Origin: the human T2T-CHM13v2.0 reference genome, Homo sapiens
Strand: one strand, 5' to 3'
DNA: 64,000 bases
Assembly: GCF_009914755.1 (NCBI RefSeq)
Contig: NC_060938.1
Positions within the stretch are counted from its first letter, which is position 1; every line of letters starts with the position of its first letter. Below, in pieces: positions 28,456 through 43,095 of this stretch. The notes beneath the pieces were generated by a model. That model made no database searches, was not told the origin of the DNA, and worked only from the letters and a program-made list of their open reading frames with translations. The position numbers and the translations under genes are program-made.

Positions 28456-29629
28456 ATTGGGGAGTAGTGGTGGAAAGTGGTATGGTCATCAAAGCTGTAA
28501 AAAGCATTTTCATTTATTTTTAGTATGTTTAGCCCAAACTATTAATTGTGAAAATTGAGGTGTTCAAATCTCAGACTTGTCCCCCTCAGAGAAAGACAGA
28601 CTTATGCAAGGTTATAGCACAGCTCAGAGGAGGCTGGGGGGAAATAAGTTCCAGGTCATACTCCAGCATGTTTTATAAATCAGCCGATATCCCTCTTCAT
28701 GAAGCTCTGGAATAGGTTCTTGAAAAGGGCCTGCATGGTAGTCAAACATGAGGGCATTATAAAACTCCTTGCTGCGGGCTGCTCCAATTCAGAGCATGAA
28801 TTATTCAGAAGTTGTTTTGGAAGCCCTCCTGGGAACAGTGGTCTACTCCCCTGGACTGGCTCCCATGAATGAAAGAGTCCCACCCACTTCTTCAGACTTG
28901 GCAGCTGGGAATTTCTTTCTTGCTCCACTAAGTCAACAAAACAACAAAAAGCCTCCAAAACATAGATCAGTGTCGTCAGTTTGCCTCCTGGAGTCTTAAC
29001 GCAGGGCTCAATAATTCACGCACTTCTACATCAGTGACTGAAAGCATGAGTTAAGAATATGAAGTGGTTAGAAGTGTGTGTGCTCATAGAATTAAGTGGA
29101 TGTCAACTCCATCTCCTTGCTTTTTAAAAATTATTAATTGTTCAGGAGCTAAGTTTGTGAACATTAGCATTATCAAATATTATTTATTTTGTAAAAGATC
29201 AGATCTTTCTTTTCACCTAGAATTAAAGTGAATAGATTTTTCTTTTTCTTTGTTATTATCAAAAGTTGACTACTGATTTCAATATCTATTTGTACATTTT
29301 TATTATATTTTAAACAGGAATGGATGGCCATCAACTGCATTTTTATGATTCATATTTTCTCTTCAGTGACTACATCACCATTAGTATCCTGCTTACTAAG
29401 TCTTCCCTTTTGTTCTACTTAATCCAGCCTATTTTCCTTCATAGACATGTGGAATGGGGACAGGGATGAATTCCCAGCCAGCTCAGTGAGGTATGCACTG
29501 GGGCCTTTTTTGGATTTTCTTTCCAATCTGACTTTCCAAGCTGCTTAGCTACTTCAATCATTACTACTTTTCTTCTCTGCTATTTACTACTAAAAATAGT
29601 CCAGCTTTACATCTCCACCAACTCACAGT

Positions 29630-29960
29630 TTGGCCTATTATGAATGCTTCTGGAGACAGGAAACTCAGTGCCTCACAGACAACACATTTATCTTCAGGTA
29701 GTTTTGACTGCTAAAAAGCCCAAACTTCTTGTTTTCTAATTTTCTTCTATTGGTCCTGCCAGGGTCATACAAAACATGTTTAATCTTTTTTCTAGAAATT
29801 TGAAGGCCCTTCATCCTTCATTTCTTCCCTCCCTCTGTCTCTCTCTCTCTCTCTCATCTCAATTTCTGGTTAGCACTCTATTAATCCTCCTGATTGCTTT
29901 TCTCTGAGGAGGCAGGAGCTTAACACATGGTACCTAGAACTGAACATAATCCATTGCAGA
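29630..29960 (-). mobile_element. L3/CR1 LINE fragment
   Basis: tgaatgcttctggagacaggaaactcagtgcctcac and tggtacctagaactgaacataatcca resemble antisense CR1/L3 3' region. Confidence 0.55.
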
Positions 29961-30027
29961 TAAGGGAGGAATATCATCCCATTTCATCTTTATATGGCAC
30001 CTTTAAGATCGTATCAGCCTATTTCGT

Positions 30028-30990
30028 TAATTCAGCAGTTATTTATTAATTGCATCTCAGGTGGTAGACATTGTACTGGGTGCTGGAAGTATGTATAAGT
30101 GTGATCACAGAACAAACAGACTACCAGAGTGAGAGACCAATAATTGTTAGCTGTAAAGTATGATGAGTATTAGTCTAGGAGAAGTGCAGAGTGATGTGGG
30201 CATACACAGTGCGAGGACATTTCCTAACTAGAGGGTTGGGGAAGGCCTCCAAAAGGAAGTGACTTTAAAGGAATTAGGCAGGAGATTAGGGGGATACTAG
30301 AGGTAGAGGTGGGGGAAGGAGGAACAGGTACCAACATACGCAAAGGTCTAGAGGTGAGAAAGGAACTGAATACAGTACAATCTGACTGAAGATTAGACTG
30401 TGAATAGAGGGCAGAGATGAAGTTGGATAGGTAGGCAGTGCCCAAACCGTGGACCCCTTACAAGCTAATAATTAAACATGTGTTTGAGCACCTACTATGT
30501 ACTAGGTGCTGTTATGGGCCCTGGGGTTTTGCTAGTTATCAAATAAGACCAAAATAAGACTAAATAATCCCTGCCCTCTTGAAACTTATAGTTTAGTGGA
30601 TATTAAGAAGAAAAAAAAAAAAACAAAAACATGCTGAATAAATGTGGACTTTAAGGACAGGGATAAGCCACTGAAAGTGTTAAGTGGGGGAGTGATGTGG
30701 TTAGAATCATACTCTTTAAAGTTAGGCATATAATTTCACCCAATGGAGGCACTTTTGAGAATGAACGGGCTTTATTAATAATTATTCTGGGACAACAGGC
30801 ATAAACTGGGCAAATCAGGAAAGATGGGCACTCTTCAAATGTGGTTAAAAACCAGAGGGAAGCAAGACTGGAGGCAGAGATTGGTCATTGCAGGGACCCA
30901 GATGAAAGATAGCCAGGACTGCTACCAAGATATGCAGTGAGGTGGAAGGAAGTGAATGGATCTGAGAAGCTCTTAAAGGAAAGATCTGTT
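30028..30990 (-). mobile_element. L2 fragments
   Basis: gggaaggcctccaaaaggaagtgacttt, ttgagcacctactatgtactaggtgctg, gaagcaagactggaggcaga. Confidence 0.7.
30719..30835. mobile_element. MER94-like hAT-Blackjack MITE
   Basis: catataattt...cacttttgagaatgaa...tattaataattattctgggacaacaggcataaactggg. Confidence 0.7.
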
Positions 30991-31521
30991 CACAATAGGC
31001 AAGGGACAATTAATACAGTGTGGCACCAAAAAAACCTCCTTCCAGACTGATAAAGACCCAGAAACCGGTAACTGTTAGACAAAGTCATTAGATCTGTTAC
31101 AGATTTCCTGTTGTCCATTATCTTGTCCACATCTCAATCAACATAGTTAAAATATTTGATGAAATTTAGATAGGTATACATATGGATTACATTTTCTAAA
31201 CTGTTAATTTGGCAAACTTGTTAAAAACAAAGAAGTAGGAGGAAGTTAGCCTGACACAACTTATTCACAGTGATCATCCTTTTGATCCTGGGTCACTGTT
31301 TTCTTCCAAGTGCTGGCTTGTGGTTAGTGCACAGTACATTTATTAAATTCATTTAAAGAATCTTTTCCTCAACAGGTGAGGGAGAAAACAATCCATTTTA
31401 AGCACTGAGTTTATTCCTTTAGTGGTTGGCTTGCTCCAAATATAAATAATAGTTCTTTTCATTGTTCTCCATGATTTAAACAAAACAAAATGCGTAAGTT
31501 CCCTTTAAATCATAACCTCCT

Positions 31522-31785
<264 letters not shown>

Positions 31786-33063
31786 TTATAACCTCCTAGA
31801 GCAGCTTAACATGGGGTCATTACATGACCATTATTTCTAAGTCAGTATGTTGTGTTCCACTTTGGCCATATGATGCTTGGCATTTTCAGGACAGGGTCAA
31901 AGTTCTGAAACACCTGCCATCTGTCAAGAGGAGACCAGAAAGACTGTCCACAAATTAGCACAAACCAGAAACTGCTGTTGGAAAAGAAGCTTAGTGGTTT
32001 CCCTAAGGGGAGTAGCATCACCTTCACACAGAAGGGAGAAGCTTTCTTGGTCCTTAGCCACCATCAGTTTGTGCCTTACAAAGACAGTGCTATCGAACTG
32101 ATGGTGTTCTAGGTTCTTAAGAGGAATGCTTATAAAAATGGTTGCTGAATGTCAAGTGCTGTTTAAATGCTTAATTACCAGAAGTGAACACAAATAATGA
32201 GGGAGTTTGATTCCCTACAAACCAGAACTGTTGTTCCTGATATGTGACCATTAGCAGAGCTCTGCAGTGTCTTTTATTGCACGGTTCTGAGGCTTTGCCG
32301 TTAACAACTTATTAATTGATCAGGGAAGAAACCAGTGGCTGTATTAGTGCTGGTGAAATGGAAGAAAGACTGAGCAACTTGCATAAGATAAATCTTTTAC
32401 TACACTGTAAACAATGGAGTGGTGGTAAGTTCTCTTAAAGCTGAAAACATTACTGTTATGAAGGCTCTGAAAATGGAAAAAAATGAGAAAATGATTAAAG
32501 ATCTTTTTGGGGTTAGAATTTTTTAGTTTTGCTGGCATGAAAAGACTTGGGCAGATTTTAGTACTGGAGGGACCTGCCTTATTCGTTGTGTATTCCATTC
32601 ATGATTGCTCTTTCCTTGTGTAAGAGGAAGAGGAGTGACTCATTATGACTCTTGGTTTTAATTTCAGTAGATTCCTGAAGGTGCAGAACTGAGTGAACAG
32701 ATCATCCTTTTTAAACTCACTCAGGCTGATTTCTTTTGAGGGATGTTATTTGTTAGTTTAAATAGTAGTACTGAGAAGTAGAGGAGTGTATATTAAACTG
32801 TGGCAAGAGAACTTCAGAAACAGGAAAAGTAAGTCCTAAAAATAAATTCTTGTCTTGTTTTCTGTGACTGATAAAACATCATAAGTAAGACATATGCACC
32901 ATAACCCCAACCCCTAGTGAATATACATGCATTTTATAGAGCTAGAACACACATATGTAAAAAGTCACCTTAAAATCTTTCTGAGAAAAGGATAGGTAAA
33001 TACATAAAATGTACACATGAAGACTACTATTTGTTTTTATTTAAGTGTTAACATGTTTGTATG

Positions 33064-33343
33064 TTTGGGAGGCCAAGGTAGGAGGATCACTTGAGGCCAA
33101 GAGTTCAAGACTAGCCTGGGCAACATAGTGAGACCTCCATCTCTACAAAACAAAAACAAAACAAAACAAAACCAAAAACCAAAAGAATTAGCTGGGCGTG
33201 GGGGTGCTCATCCGTAGTCCTAGCTACTCAGCAGGCTGAAGCTGGGGGATTGCTTGAGCCCAGAAGTTTGAGGCTGCAGAGTTACGATCATTGCACTCCA
33301 GCCTGGGTGACAGAGCAAGACCCTGTTTCTAAATAAAATAAAA
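33064..33343 (+). mobile_element. AluJ, 5'-truncated, with expanded (CAAAA)n linker
   Basis: gggcaacatagtgagacc and gattgcttgagcccagaagtttgaggctgcag. Confidence 0.9.
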
Positions 33344-33930
33344 TGATTCTATAAAAATTGGTGACATTGGTCTGCAGTAGAGGGAAAAATCATGGGGAGT
33401 TGAAATAGGTGAGAAAAGCTTCATGAAAAGGTGGGATTAACTGTTGTTTTTTGAAGAATGATCTCATAAGAGGAAGTTAGAAAGAGGCAGGGTACCTCAA
33501 ATGTGGAGACTAGAAGGAACTAAGGTGTAGCTTGGAGTCAAAGATTCCAGGTGTAGTGGGGTGGAGTGGAAGCTCCTTAGGGAAGCCACTTACCTGATTT
33601 GAAGGGTGGTTTCCTCATCTGCAAGATATGCAGATTAGTACTCTTTCACTCCTATTTCTCTTTCTCTCTCTACTTCTCTTTTCTTTCTTCTCTCCTTCTC
33701 CCTCTTCCTCCCTTCTCTCCTTCCTTCTCTTTTTTTTTCCCTACACATATTTATAAGTACCTACTTTATTCCTTAATTGTACTGTGCCCTGGGGATATAG
33801 AATGCTCCTACAAGGGTCAGGGCCTCACAGAGGAGATGAACAAATAAACTGCTGTACAGAAGGATGCACATGGTCCTGAGGAGGCTAGCTTGAGGAAGGA
33901 GTGGCTAACAGGTTGGGAACTGGGGAAGAC

Positions 33931-33943
33931 TTGTTATGCAAAT
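33931..33943 (+). promoter_or_regulatory. SOX-OCT composite-like motif TTGTTATGCAAAT
   Basis: Perfect octamer ATGCAAAT directly preceded by TTGTT; SOX half imperfect (ACTTGTT). Confidence 0.3.
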
Positions 33944-34498
33944 CAAAATTGTAACCACTTTGTAAATACTAAGTATTTATTAATGTAATATTTTTTTCTT
34001 TTACTTGTGATGCATTTTTTTTTTGTGGCTTCTGTGACTCTTTGTAAAGGAGTTCTGAGTCACTAGTTAAGATTTTTTATAAAGAAATACACCATTAGCA
34101 GGCCGAGGAGGGGATGTTTTAGTTTAGTGAAACTTGGACCAGTGTCAATTTAATGGGTCAGACGTAGTGTTTGTAATGGGTAAGAAGTACTAGTCATCCA
34201 AATCAAATGGCCATAACAATGAACTCTGAAAATAGTTATATATTTTTTAACAGAGTAAAGCTTCTTTATAGCAATATAATTCTTTAAGATCACTTTTTTT
34301 TTTTTTAATTTTTGGAAGCTAGAGACAAAGTAGAGGAACTGGCAAGATTCAGATTTTTGGAATCAAGCATTAAATTATTAATTGGCAAGAATTTTTCTGA
34401 AAACACTAGGAGGAGGAATTAGGAACCCCACAAGCAAAATAACATTACCTTGGAAGAATGAATGGTATATTCAGTTTTACCTCTACATCTTTTTGTTG

Positions 34499-34501
<3 letters not shown>

Positions 34502-34536
<35 letters not shown>

Positions 34537-34590
34537 TCACATGTGCTTGTGTGTCTGAGAGAGAGAGGAGAGAGAAAAAGAAAGAGAGTG
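34502..34590. repeat. (TG)16 followed by a GA-rich tract
   Basis: Direct reading. Confidence 0.93.
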
Positions 34591-34844
34591 AGCGAGCATT
34601 ATGGGATTTGGGTAGTTTTGGAAACTTTCTTTTGAGAATACTGAGAATGATTGGGGGAAATTAAGTGAGTGGTTGAAGTGCTATTGCTAATTGTTGCTTG
34701 TTTTAGGAAAAGATGATGTCAGACACAATCCTTGGTAGAAATTTTGAGAGAATTTTTGATGTTTCAGAGTCTGACGGTTCTAGCTCTTTATAATATAAAT
34801 TTCATTTCAAAATTTATGGCTTTTTTGGGGGGGTGGGGTATAAG

Positions 34845-35526
34845 TGTAACTGCCTAAGGGATTCACCTTGCCTGCTGCCTAGACAGAGCCGATTCATCAG
34901 GACAGGGGAACTGTAATAGAAAAAGAGTAATTCACACAGAGCCAGCTGTGCGGGAGACCAGAGTTTTATTATTACTCAAATCAGTCTCCCTGAGCATTTG
35001 GGGAGCAGAGTTTTTAAGGATAACTTGGTGGGTGGGGGAAGCCAGTGTTCCAGGAGAGCCGATTGGTCAGAGATGAAATCATAGGGAGTTAGAGCTGTCT
35101 TCTTGTGCTGAATCATTTCCTGGGTGGGGGTCCAGAAGATCAGATGAGCCAGTTTATTGATCTGGGTGGTGCCAGCTGATCCATCAAGTGCAGGGGCTGC
35201 AAAATATCTCAAGCACTGATCTTAGGTGCAGTTTAGGGAGGGTCGGAATCTTGTAGCCTCCAGCTGCATGACTCCTAAACCATAATTTTTAATCTTCTGG
35301 CTAATGTGAGTCCTACAAAGGCAATCTAGTCCCCAGGCAAGAAGGAGGTCTGCTTTGGGAAAGGGCTGTTACTGTCTTTGTTTAAACTGTAAACTAAGTT
35401 TCTCCCGAAGTTAGTTCAGCCTATGCCCAGGAATCAACAAGGACAGCTTGGAGATTAGAAGCAAGATGCAGTCAGTTAAGTTAGATCTCTTTCACTGTCT
35501 GTCATAATTTTGCAAAGGCGGTTCCA
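34845..35526 (-). mobile_element. LTR8 (ERV1) solo LTR
   Basis: tgtaactgcctaagggattcaccttgcc...cataattttgcaaaggcggttcca, 682 bp, TG..CA ends; 4-bp TSD TAAG at 34841-34844 and 35527-35530. Confidence 0.92.
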
Positions 35527-35844
35527 TAAGGTCATTTTTAGCACTTCTAGAAATAGACCAAGCATTAGCTAATTGTCAGTGAACTTCTCCTCACACGTAA
35601 AAGTCTTTATAGGAAGAAAAACCCTTACTCCATAATTATAGAAGACAGATTTGAAATGTATGTAACCCATTTGGATTAAATACAACAGCTGATATACTTA
35701 TCCCTGGTTAAAGATGAGCGATAGTAAAAACCCCTGGCGTATGGAACAGAGGACAGACAGATTGCCACTGAGCAAAGTAAAAAGGCCCAGAGACAGCAAC
35801 TTAAAACTTTGCGTAAGGAATAGCATACTTCTTAGTCTGGTGTT

Positions 35845-37360
35845 CAGTTTAATTCAGAGACATATTGAGGACCTAGAATGTGTTGGGATATGCTGGGTAT
35901 TGTGTATACAAAGACTGGGAGATAGTCATCAAGGAGCAGCTAGTGCAGTTGGGAAAAACACATACGTAAGTATTAATCACAGCTCAACACGGTAAGTGCT
36001 ACAATGCAATTGAGAGAGAGAGAGGCAGAGAGACAAAGAATGAATATCAATCAGTTAACTTTGTCCGGGGAGTCATCCCAGAGGAGATGCTGCTGCTGTT
36101 AAAAATGATTAGACATTTGCCAGACAGAAAAATAATGAAAGGCTCTTCCAGGCAAAGATAGAAGGATGACAAAGGCTTAGCCACAAAAAAGTCTATAAGG
36201 CATTAAGGGGATGTTGATTCATTCCATTTGGTTAGAACATAGGGTCAAATCAGTAGGAGGATGGAAGGCTGGAGTGGTAGATTGGAGCCAAGTTGTGAAG
36301 GGCCTACTTAAGGTATTTGGATGCTACCCTGTAGACAACCCGGAGCCTTCATAGTTTTACTCCTCCTTCCCCAACATTTTATTATGAACAGTTTTAAAGT
36401 ATAGATTTTATTTTTAAATAAAATGGAAAGAATTCTACAATCAGTACTAGTATAACTACCATTAGATTGTACTATTAACATTTTGCTAAACTTGTTTAAT
36501 CACCTATCTATCCCTTTATAATCCATCAATTCATTTTATTTTTTATACATTTCAAAACAGATTGTACGTTTCAGTTCATTCCTCTCTAAATACTTCAGCA
36601 TGACTATCATTAACTAGTGTGCATTGTTTGTTTAAGGTATTTGATAGAAAAATTATAATCTTTGTAGGTTTTAAGATATGAAAATAAGATAATCAATTTT
36701 GTATTTAAGAAACATCATAGTGTGGAGGATCAACTGGAAGAGTGAAACAAATTAGAAACCTATTTCATAAATCTAAATGAGAGGTGATAAGAATGTGATG
36801 AAAGCCTGTAGTAGGAATGAAACAGTACTAATCAATTCAAGAAATAATCTGGAAATGGAATCAGTGGATCAGTTGATCACCCAAATGTGGGGAGGGAAGT
36901 AGTGGAGGCAAAGGCAGGGTTGAGAGAATAGAAAAAGTAAAAAATGAATTCAAGGTTTTCTAGCTTTGACGACTGGGTGTTTGATAATGGGACACATAAT
37001 ACAGAAGGGAAAAGAAGTATGGAAGTACACTACAACAGAAGATACTATGTGCAGTTTTGAACATGATAAGCTCAAAGTACCTGTAGGACATTTCAGGTAC
37101 ACATGTTCAGGTGTTGTTTGGAAGTACTCTCTGGAATTTTAGAGAAATATCAGGGCTGGGTTTGTAGATATGGAGTGTATCAGGCTAGGGAATTGAAGCT
37201 ATCACTAAAGGAGAACATTTAGAGTAAGCAAAAAAAAAAAAAAGTGGCTAAAGGAATTCTAAGGAAAGCCTATATTTAAGGAACCTGAAGAAAATGCTGT
37301 GTCAATTAAGGAAGCAGAGGGGATTATTCAAAAGGCAGGAAAGGGAATCACCCCAGATGG
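35845..37360 (-). mobile_element. Fragmented L2 with a nested old L1M piece (~36370-36650)
   Basis: aaggttttctagcttt...gggtg, gcagttttgaacatgataagctc, gtagatatggagt antisense L2 motifs. Confidence 0.6.
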
Positions 37361-37367
37361 AAAGATA

Positions 37368-37570
37368 AATAACATTTATTATTTGTCAGGTATGATAAGT
37401 AGTTTATATTCATGGGCTCATCGAATCCTTCCTGTTAACAACCCTATTTTATAGGTATGCAAATAAGGAAAATCAGGGAAAGAAAAATAATTTGCTGAAG
37501 GTCTTAAGATTAGTAAGTGAGTGGCAGAGCAGATTTTGAGCCAAAGTCATTCAGACTTGCCTTAACATAG
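37368..37570 (-). mobile_element. MIR
   Basis: aataacatttatt...aaataaggaaaatcagg...taatttgctgaaggtc...gtggcagagcagattttgagcc. Confidence 0.65.
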
Positions 37571-37727
37571 TGGCTAAGGAAAGGGAGTTTCCAGGAGAGA
37601 GTAGTCAGCAGGTCACAGTCATCCGTGATATGACTCTAACTTACCTTTCCAACTTTGTCTTCTTCACTTACTTAAGATTGGTCAATTTAAAATGCTCCAT
37701 ATTTTCTGCACAAGCTCAAACTGTACT

Positions 37728-38025
37728 AGGACTTCCAAAGTATTTTGTAGATCACTAGTTCCATGAGATGCTCTGAAAAAAAGTGTACTGTAGTCAAATG
37801 AATTTGAGAAATGTTGCCAACTCTACTATCCTCTTGGAAATTTGCGAGTTAAATTAGCTCATCAAAGGTATTGGGAAGTCCTACAGTAAAGAACCTATTC
37901 TAACTTGTCTACCAAGTGTTTTCCAAAGTTATTTGAACTTATTTGACCTTGGGGCACCCCCCACTCCCTTAGAAAATCTATAAACTTCCCCTCAGAACTA
38001 GGGTTCTGAAACACTTCAACGAAAA
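37728..38025. mobile_element. hAT-Charlie MITE (subfamily undetermined)
   Basis: cactagttccatgagatgctc...gtcaaatgaatttgagaaa...gaagtcctacagtaaagaacct...ttccaaagttatttga. Confidence 0.55.
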
Positions 38026-38428
38026 TTAGTTTTTACTTTTCCTTAGTTGCTTTTAAGTGAGATATAATAAGCTTTATCTGTGTCTTATTCGTGGTGGTCA
38101 TAGACTACATCCTCCCCTGCAATATCATTATTTGTGCCCTGTAGTAGCCCTCCTGTGGCCCCAGGAAAATGGAGTCTACGTCTGTTTCATTTTGGGTTCT
38201 TACATAGGACCTATTGCAGTGCCTTTCATATAATAAATGTTTGGTCAGTGTCTATTGAATAAATAAACAAAATGGATAAAACACAGAGAAAATTAATGCT
38301 TATTCTTTTAAATAAAACTAAGTTCTCTATTAAAACCAGACAAAAGAACTATCTGTTTCAAAATGTGGATGTAAAGTTATACTCAAACCAGGCTTTCATC
38401 TGAGAATAAGAAGGGTATATGTTTGCAG

Positions 38429-38724
38429 TTTCTTTTTTCTTTTTTTGACAGAGTATCACTCTGTTGCCCAGGCTGGAGTGCAGTGGCGCCATCTCGGCTC
38501 ACTACAACTTCCGCCTCCTGGATTCAAGTGATTCTCCTGCCTCAGCCTCCTGAGTAGCTGGGATTACAGGTGCCCACCATCATGACTGGCAAATTTTTGT
38601 ATTTTTAGTAGAGATGGGGTTTCGCCATGTTGGCCAGGCTGGTCTTACTCCTGACCGCATGTGATCCGCCCACCTCAGCCTCCCAAAGTGCTGGGATTAC
38701 AGGCATGAGCCACCGCGCCCAGCC
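38429..38724 (-). mobile_element. AluSx/Sz-like
   Basis: Full dimer antisense, short TSD-like tgcag. Confidence 0.94.
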
Positions 38725-40634
38725 TGCAGGTTTTGTTTTCATTTGAACTGTTTGCTTTTGGGTTTAGGTGAGGAGTAAATTGAGGAAGGCAACATTTTGG
38801 TTATTTCTGTCATGACTGCATATGGAATATACCAGTAGGTCCTGGAAACATCACTTTTCCTAAGTGGTTCTGGTCTTGTCTTATAATTTAAAGTCGGACT
38901 TGGATTTCCTAACTAAATCAGTGCCTATCTATGCGTACCCTTTGAACCTTTCTTACTGGTTTGATGCAATTATTTCTCTCGCTCATTCTAGCTTACTATT
39001 GGCAGCAGTTCCACTAGTTTCATTATTTCAACTGTGAGGCCTTATATGGAATTTAATCAAATGTGATGTTGTGTCTGATCTTTGTCTCCTTTGAACTGTA
39101 TAACACATTCAGCCATGTCCTCTTTTGTTTTTCCCATGAGAATAGAAGAGAGCCTTCTCTGACAACCTCCCACATTTTTTTTTGTTTGCATCATGTGGCT
39201 CGTCACTCCCATGTGGAAATGTGCATATATGTACGTGCATGAGAGAGAGAGAGAGAGAGAAGCCAGGGTGCCATGCTGAGAGAAAGGCCAGCTATGAGTA
39301 CAGTCACAGGAGTGTGGAGATTCCTAGAAAAGGGCTGCCCATTTGGGTAAAAATCACTGCTTTCCTCCTACACAGACATCAGCCACACCTGTGTTCAAGT
39401 TTCATTTGACTATTTGTTAGCTGGGTGCCCTACTTCTGGAGAACACCAGAATCTTGTGAGTTCAGAGGGCTCTGTAGGAGTTTTATTAACTTACAATACT
39501 TGTTTAAGAGCCCCTGAGTAATCATAATTATTATTTTAGAATGAGTCTGAGATTTTTTTATGGAGAAGATAAACTGTACTTGGAGTATATTTTCTTGTTT
39601 TCACAGTCTCTTCAATGCCATGAAGAGTAAGTTATTTGAATTTGCATATGTTAAGGTGGTGGTGGTGGTATATTGAAAATTATGCAGAGAGGCAGTAGAC
39701 ATGGTGAATACTTATACTGAAAATTCTAAACTTATTAAATTATTTGCATTTGGGGAGAGAAAGAGAGTCTTGAGAATCAGATCTGGCTGTGTATACTAAA
39801 AGAACATTATGCTCTAAAGAGTAACTCTCAAAATTTTTCATAGTGACATTATGGTATGTAATTAAAATGGCAATATTTTGCATGGTATGACAAAACCTAA
39901 TTGTCATGGCTGCCATATTATATAGGGAAAAAACTAACATTTAGCATCACTATAATAATACTGAAATATTTAGAGCAAGTATTAGATTTTGTTCTAAAAT
40001 AAACAACTATTATTATGTCATTGAAATGGAAAGTGTTGCAAAGGGAAGAAATACACTTTGGCTGAATACATGGAAAATGCTGGTGGTATTCATTAAGCAT
40101 GGAATAATAAGAGGAACAAAATTTCCATCTCCATCCCTTCCCCCATGAAATATCTTATGTGTGTTCAGAGCTCCCTTTGAAGTCCATATATGATCTTTGC
40201 TTTAATCCATTTTTAAAGCTTCCTTTGAAGTCAGTGGGAGCTCATTTCTGGAAGAGAGGAAAGTGGCTGAGGACTGGGTACCTGCTGGGGAAGAGGGACC
40301 AGCCTAATCATAACAGGAAATAATATTTATTGATTGTCCTCATGTGCATGATCTATTAGGCTGCACACCAAAGTGACTTTCAAACTGGTTTGATTTATTT
40401 TCTAGTGTTACAAAGCTATTAAGATGACCAAAACTAGTAACTGCTTTTTAGGATAGTATTTTTTGTTTCAAATAGCTGGGGAAAAATAATACTTATAAAT
40501 GGAAATACTTTTATTTTGACACTCTCACAGACATCTCATCTATGTGAATTTTCCGGATAACTGAAACTAATACTTATCTAATAGAGCAATGAGCAATTTC
40601 TTTAAGGACAATTGAAGAGTGTAGGATTCTTTTC

Positions 40635-40946
<312 letters not shown>

Positions 40947-41384
40947 ATGAGTGTAAGATTATTTTCTTCAGTATGAAATTACTTCAGACTACTTAGTTTT
41001 TTAAAGAAAATCTCATTAAATACTTTGGAGCAAGGTAGAAAGCTATTTTCATTTTTCCTGTGTCTTCTTTGCTGCTGTCAACCGTCCTCTGTAATACAGG
41101 TTCTCTGTTTCTATTCTGCTGTCTTATTTTACACAGAGTTGCCTGAGGAAGAGCCAGGAAGCCTGAGATAGATGTATACTTTTACATCAGAGTAAAGTAT
41201 AAAGACTGTTTCTTCTCTCATTTCCTTTTTCTCTCCCCATATCTCATTCTGCTCCTCACTTCCTGTCCCTCCTCTCCTTGGGCTTCCTGCTTCTTTTCCT
41301 TTCCCCTTTGATCCTCTTTAATGATGTCAGCCCCTCCTATGAGAGGGTGTCTCCATCATTGTTTGGTATGTAGACTTTGGTCAT

Positions 41385-42222
41385 AGGCTTGAGCTCCGTA
41401 TCTCTGACTGGATCTTGACCTGGATGCCTCTCAGAACCTCAAACTCAACACTTTAGAACTGAGCTCAGCAACTCCTGCCAAGAACATTATTTTTAGTCTC
41501 TAGGTATGATATCACCTTCCATCTAGCTTCCATCTAGCCTGATAATCTGTGAATTGCCATTGACAATGTCTCCTCCCTATCACTCCACCTCTAATCGTGT
41601 ATCAAACCCTGTCACATCTGCCTTAGAAATTCACAATCAGCCCATCTTTTCTACTCCTCTCTGTCTCTGTCTCATCTAGTCACTTATCACATCTTGGAGA
41701 TGACCACAGCTGCCTTCTCTCTGGCTACTTCCTTATATAAATTTGTCTTTACAATGTTGCAAATTTTCTTCTTCACACTTGAAGCTCTCCATGTCATTCT
41801 CAGACTGAAGAAACCCATTTGTCTCTGCTGAGCATCTAAAGACTTTTACTATCTGATTTGAATCTCTAGCTCCTTTTCTATCCTGTGAGCCTATTGCTCC
41901 TGGCATTGAAAATGCACTTGGCAAATGTCTGTGTATCCTTCAAGACTAGAGGGATTATCCTTTCTATGAAGGCTTCCCTAGTGTCTTCAGGCAGTAACTT
42001 CCCCTTTTCTGAGTTCCCACCGGCCCCCCGTTCTTTCCTTACTTGTAGTACATGATCGAGCGACCTGTGGTAAATTGTTTTTATGTGTCTCTTGCACCAG
42101 AATGAAAGCTCCTAGAGACAACATTTTATAGTTTATTTATCTCTCACTCTCCCTGCCAGTGCCTACCTCAGATCAGGTACAAACTAGCAAATGTTTGGTG
42201 AGTGACTGAATAAATGAATGAA
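41385..42222 (+). mobile_element. L2 3' region
   Basis: cctggatgcctctcagaacctcaaactcaaca ... gaatgaaagctcctagagac ... tgaataaatgaatgaa terminus. Confidence 0.75.
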
Positions 42223-42756
42223 GATTTTGAAAGGTCTTTTCTACTTACATTTGGGCTTGAAGTTGTGTTTTATGTTATCAAAGTCGGTGGTTCAGACATT
42301 AGTAAAATATTTTAAAACAGATTCTTCCTTCAAGAGGCATATAGACAGAAAAGCTATAAAATTTCTGCCTCTCATAAGGGAAAGCAATCCCAACACACAG
42401 AAGGATAGAAAGTGCTGGTCCTTATTGATTTCCCCAAGCCTCTGTACCACCTCCAGAATTATTTGCTGCTAGAGTCCTGTCACGTGAGAAAAGCAACTTG
42501 CTACCATTAAAACCACTTGTAGTCAGTTATAGAGAGCAACCATCTGCTTTAGAACTTCGACTTCTCAAGATTTCTCAGATTTCAGTGAATATTTCACTTA
42601 AGACCCTCTTACAAAAGAGTTTTTTTTTTCCTTAGTGTTTTTAGCAGGCCTTATACATAAAACAAATCTCCAAAGTCCTATTTTTAAAAATGACAATTCA
42701 GTGGAAGAAACATGCCCTCAGAGCACCTAGTCTATGGTAGGAATAAGACAAATTTA

Positions 42757-43095
<339 letters not shown>

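Noticed and set aside
28680-28999. 92-aa and 76-aa ORFs in unique sequence
   Set aside because: No homology I can recognise and no exon boundaries; could be regulatory but unsupported
41100-41200. Possible cassette exon after a strong polypyrimidine tract (also 13620-13680 and 29300-29495)
   Set aside because: Donors are weak; such pseudo-exons are common in long introns
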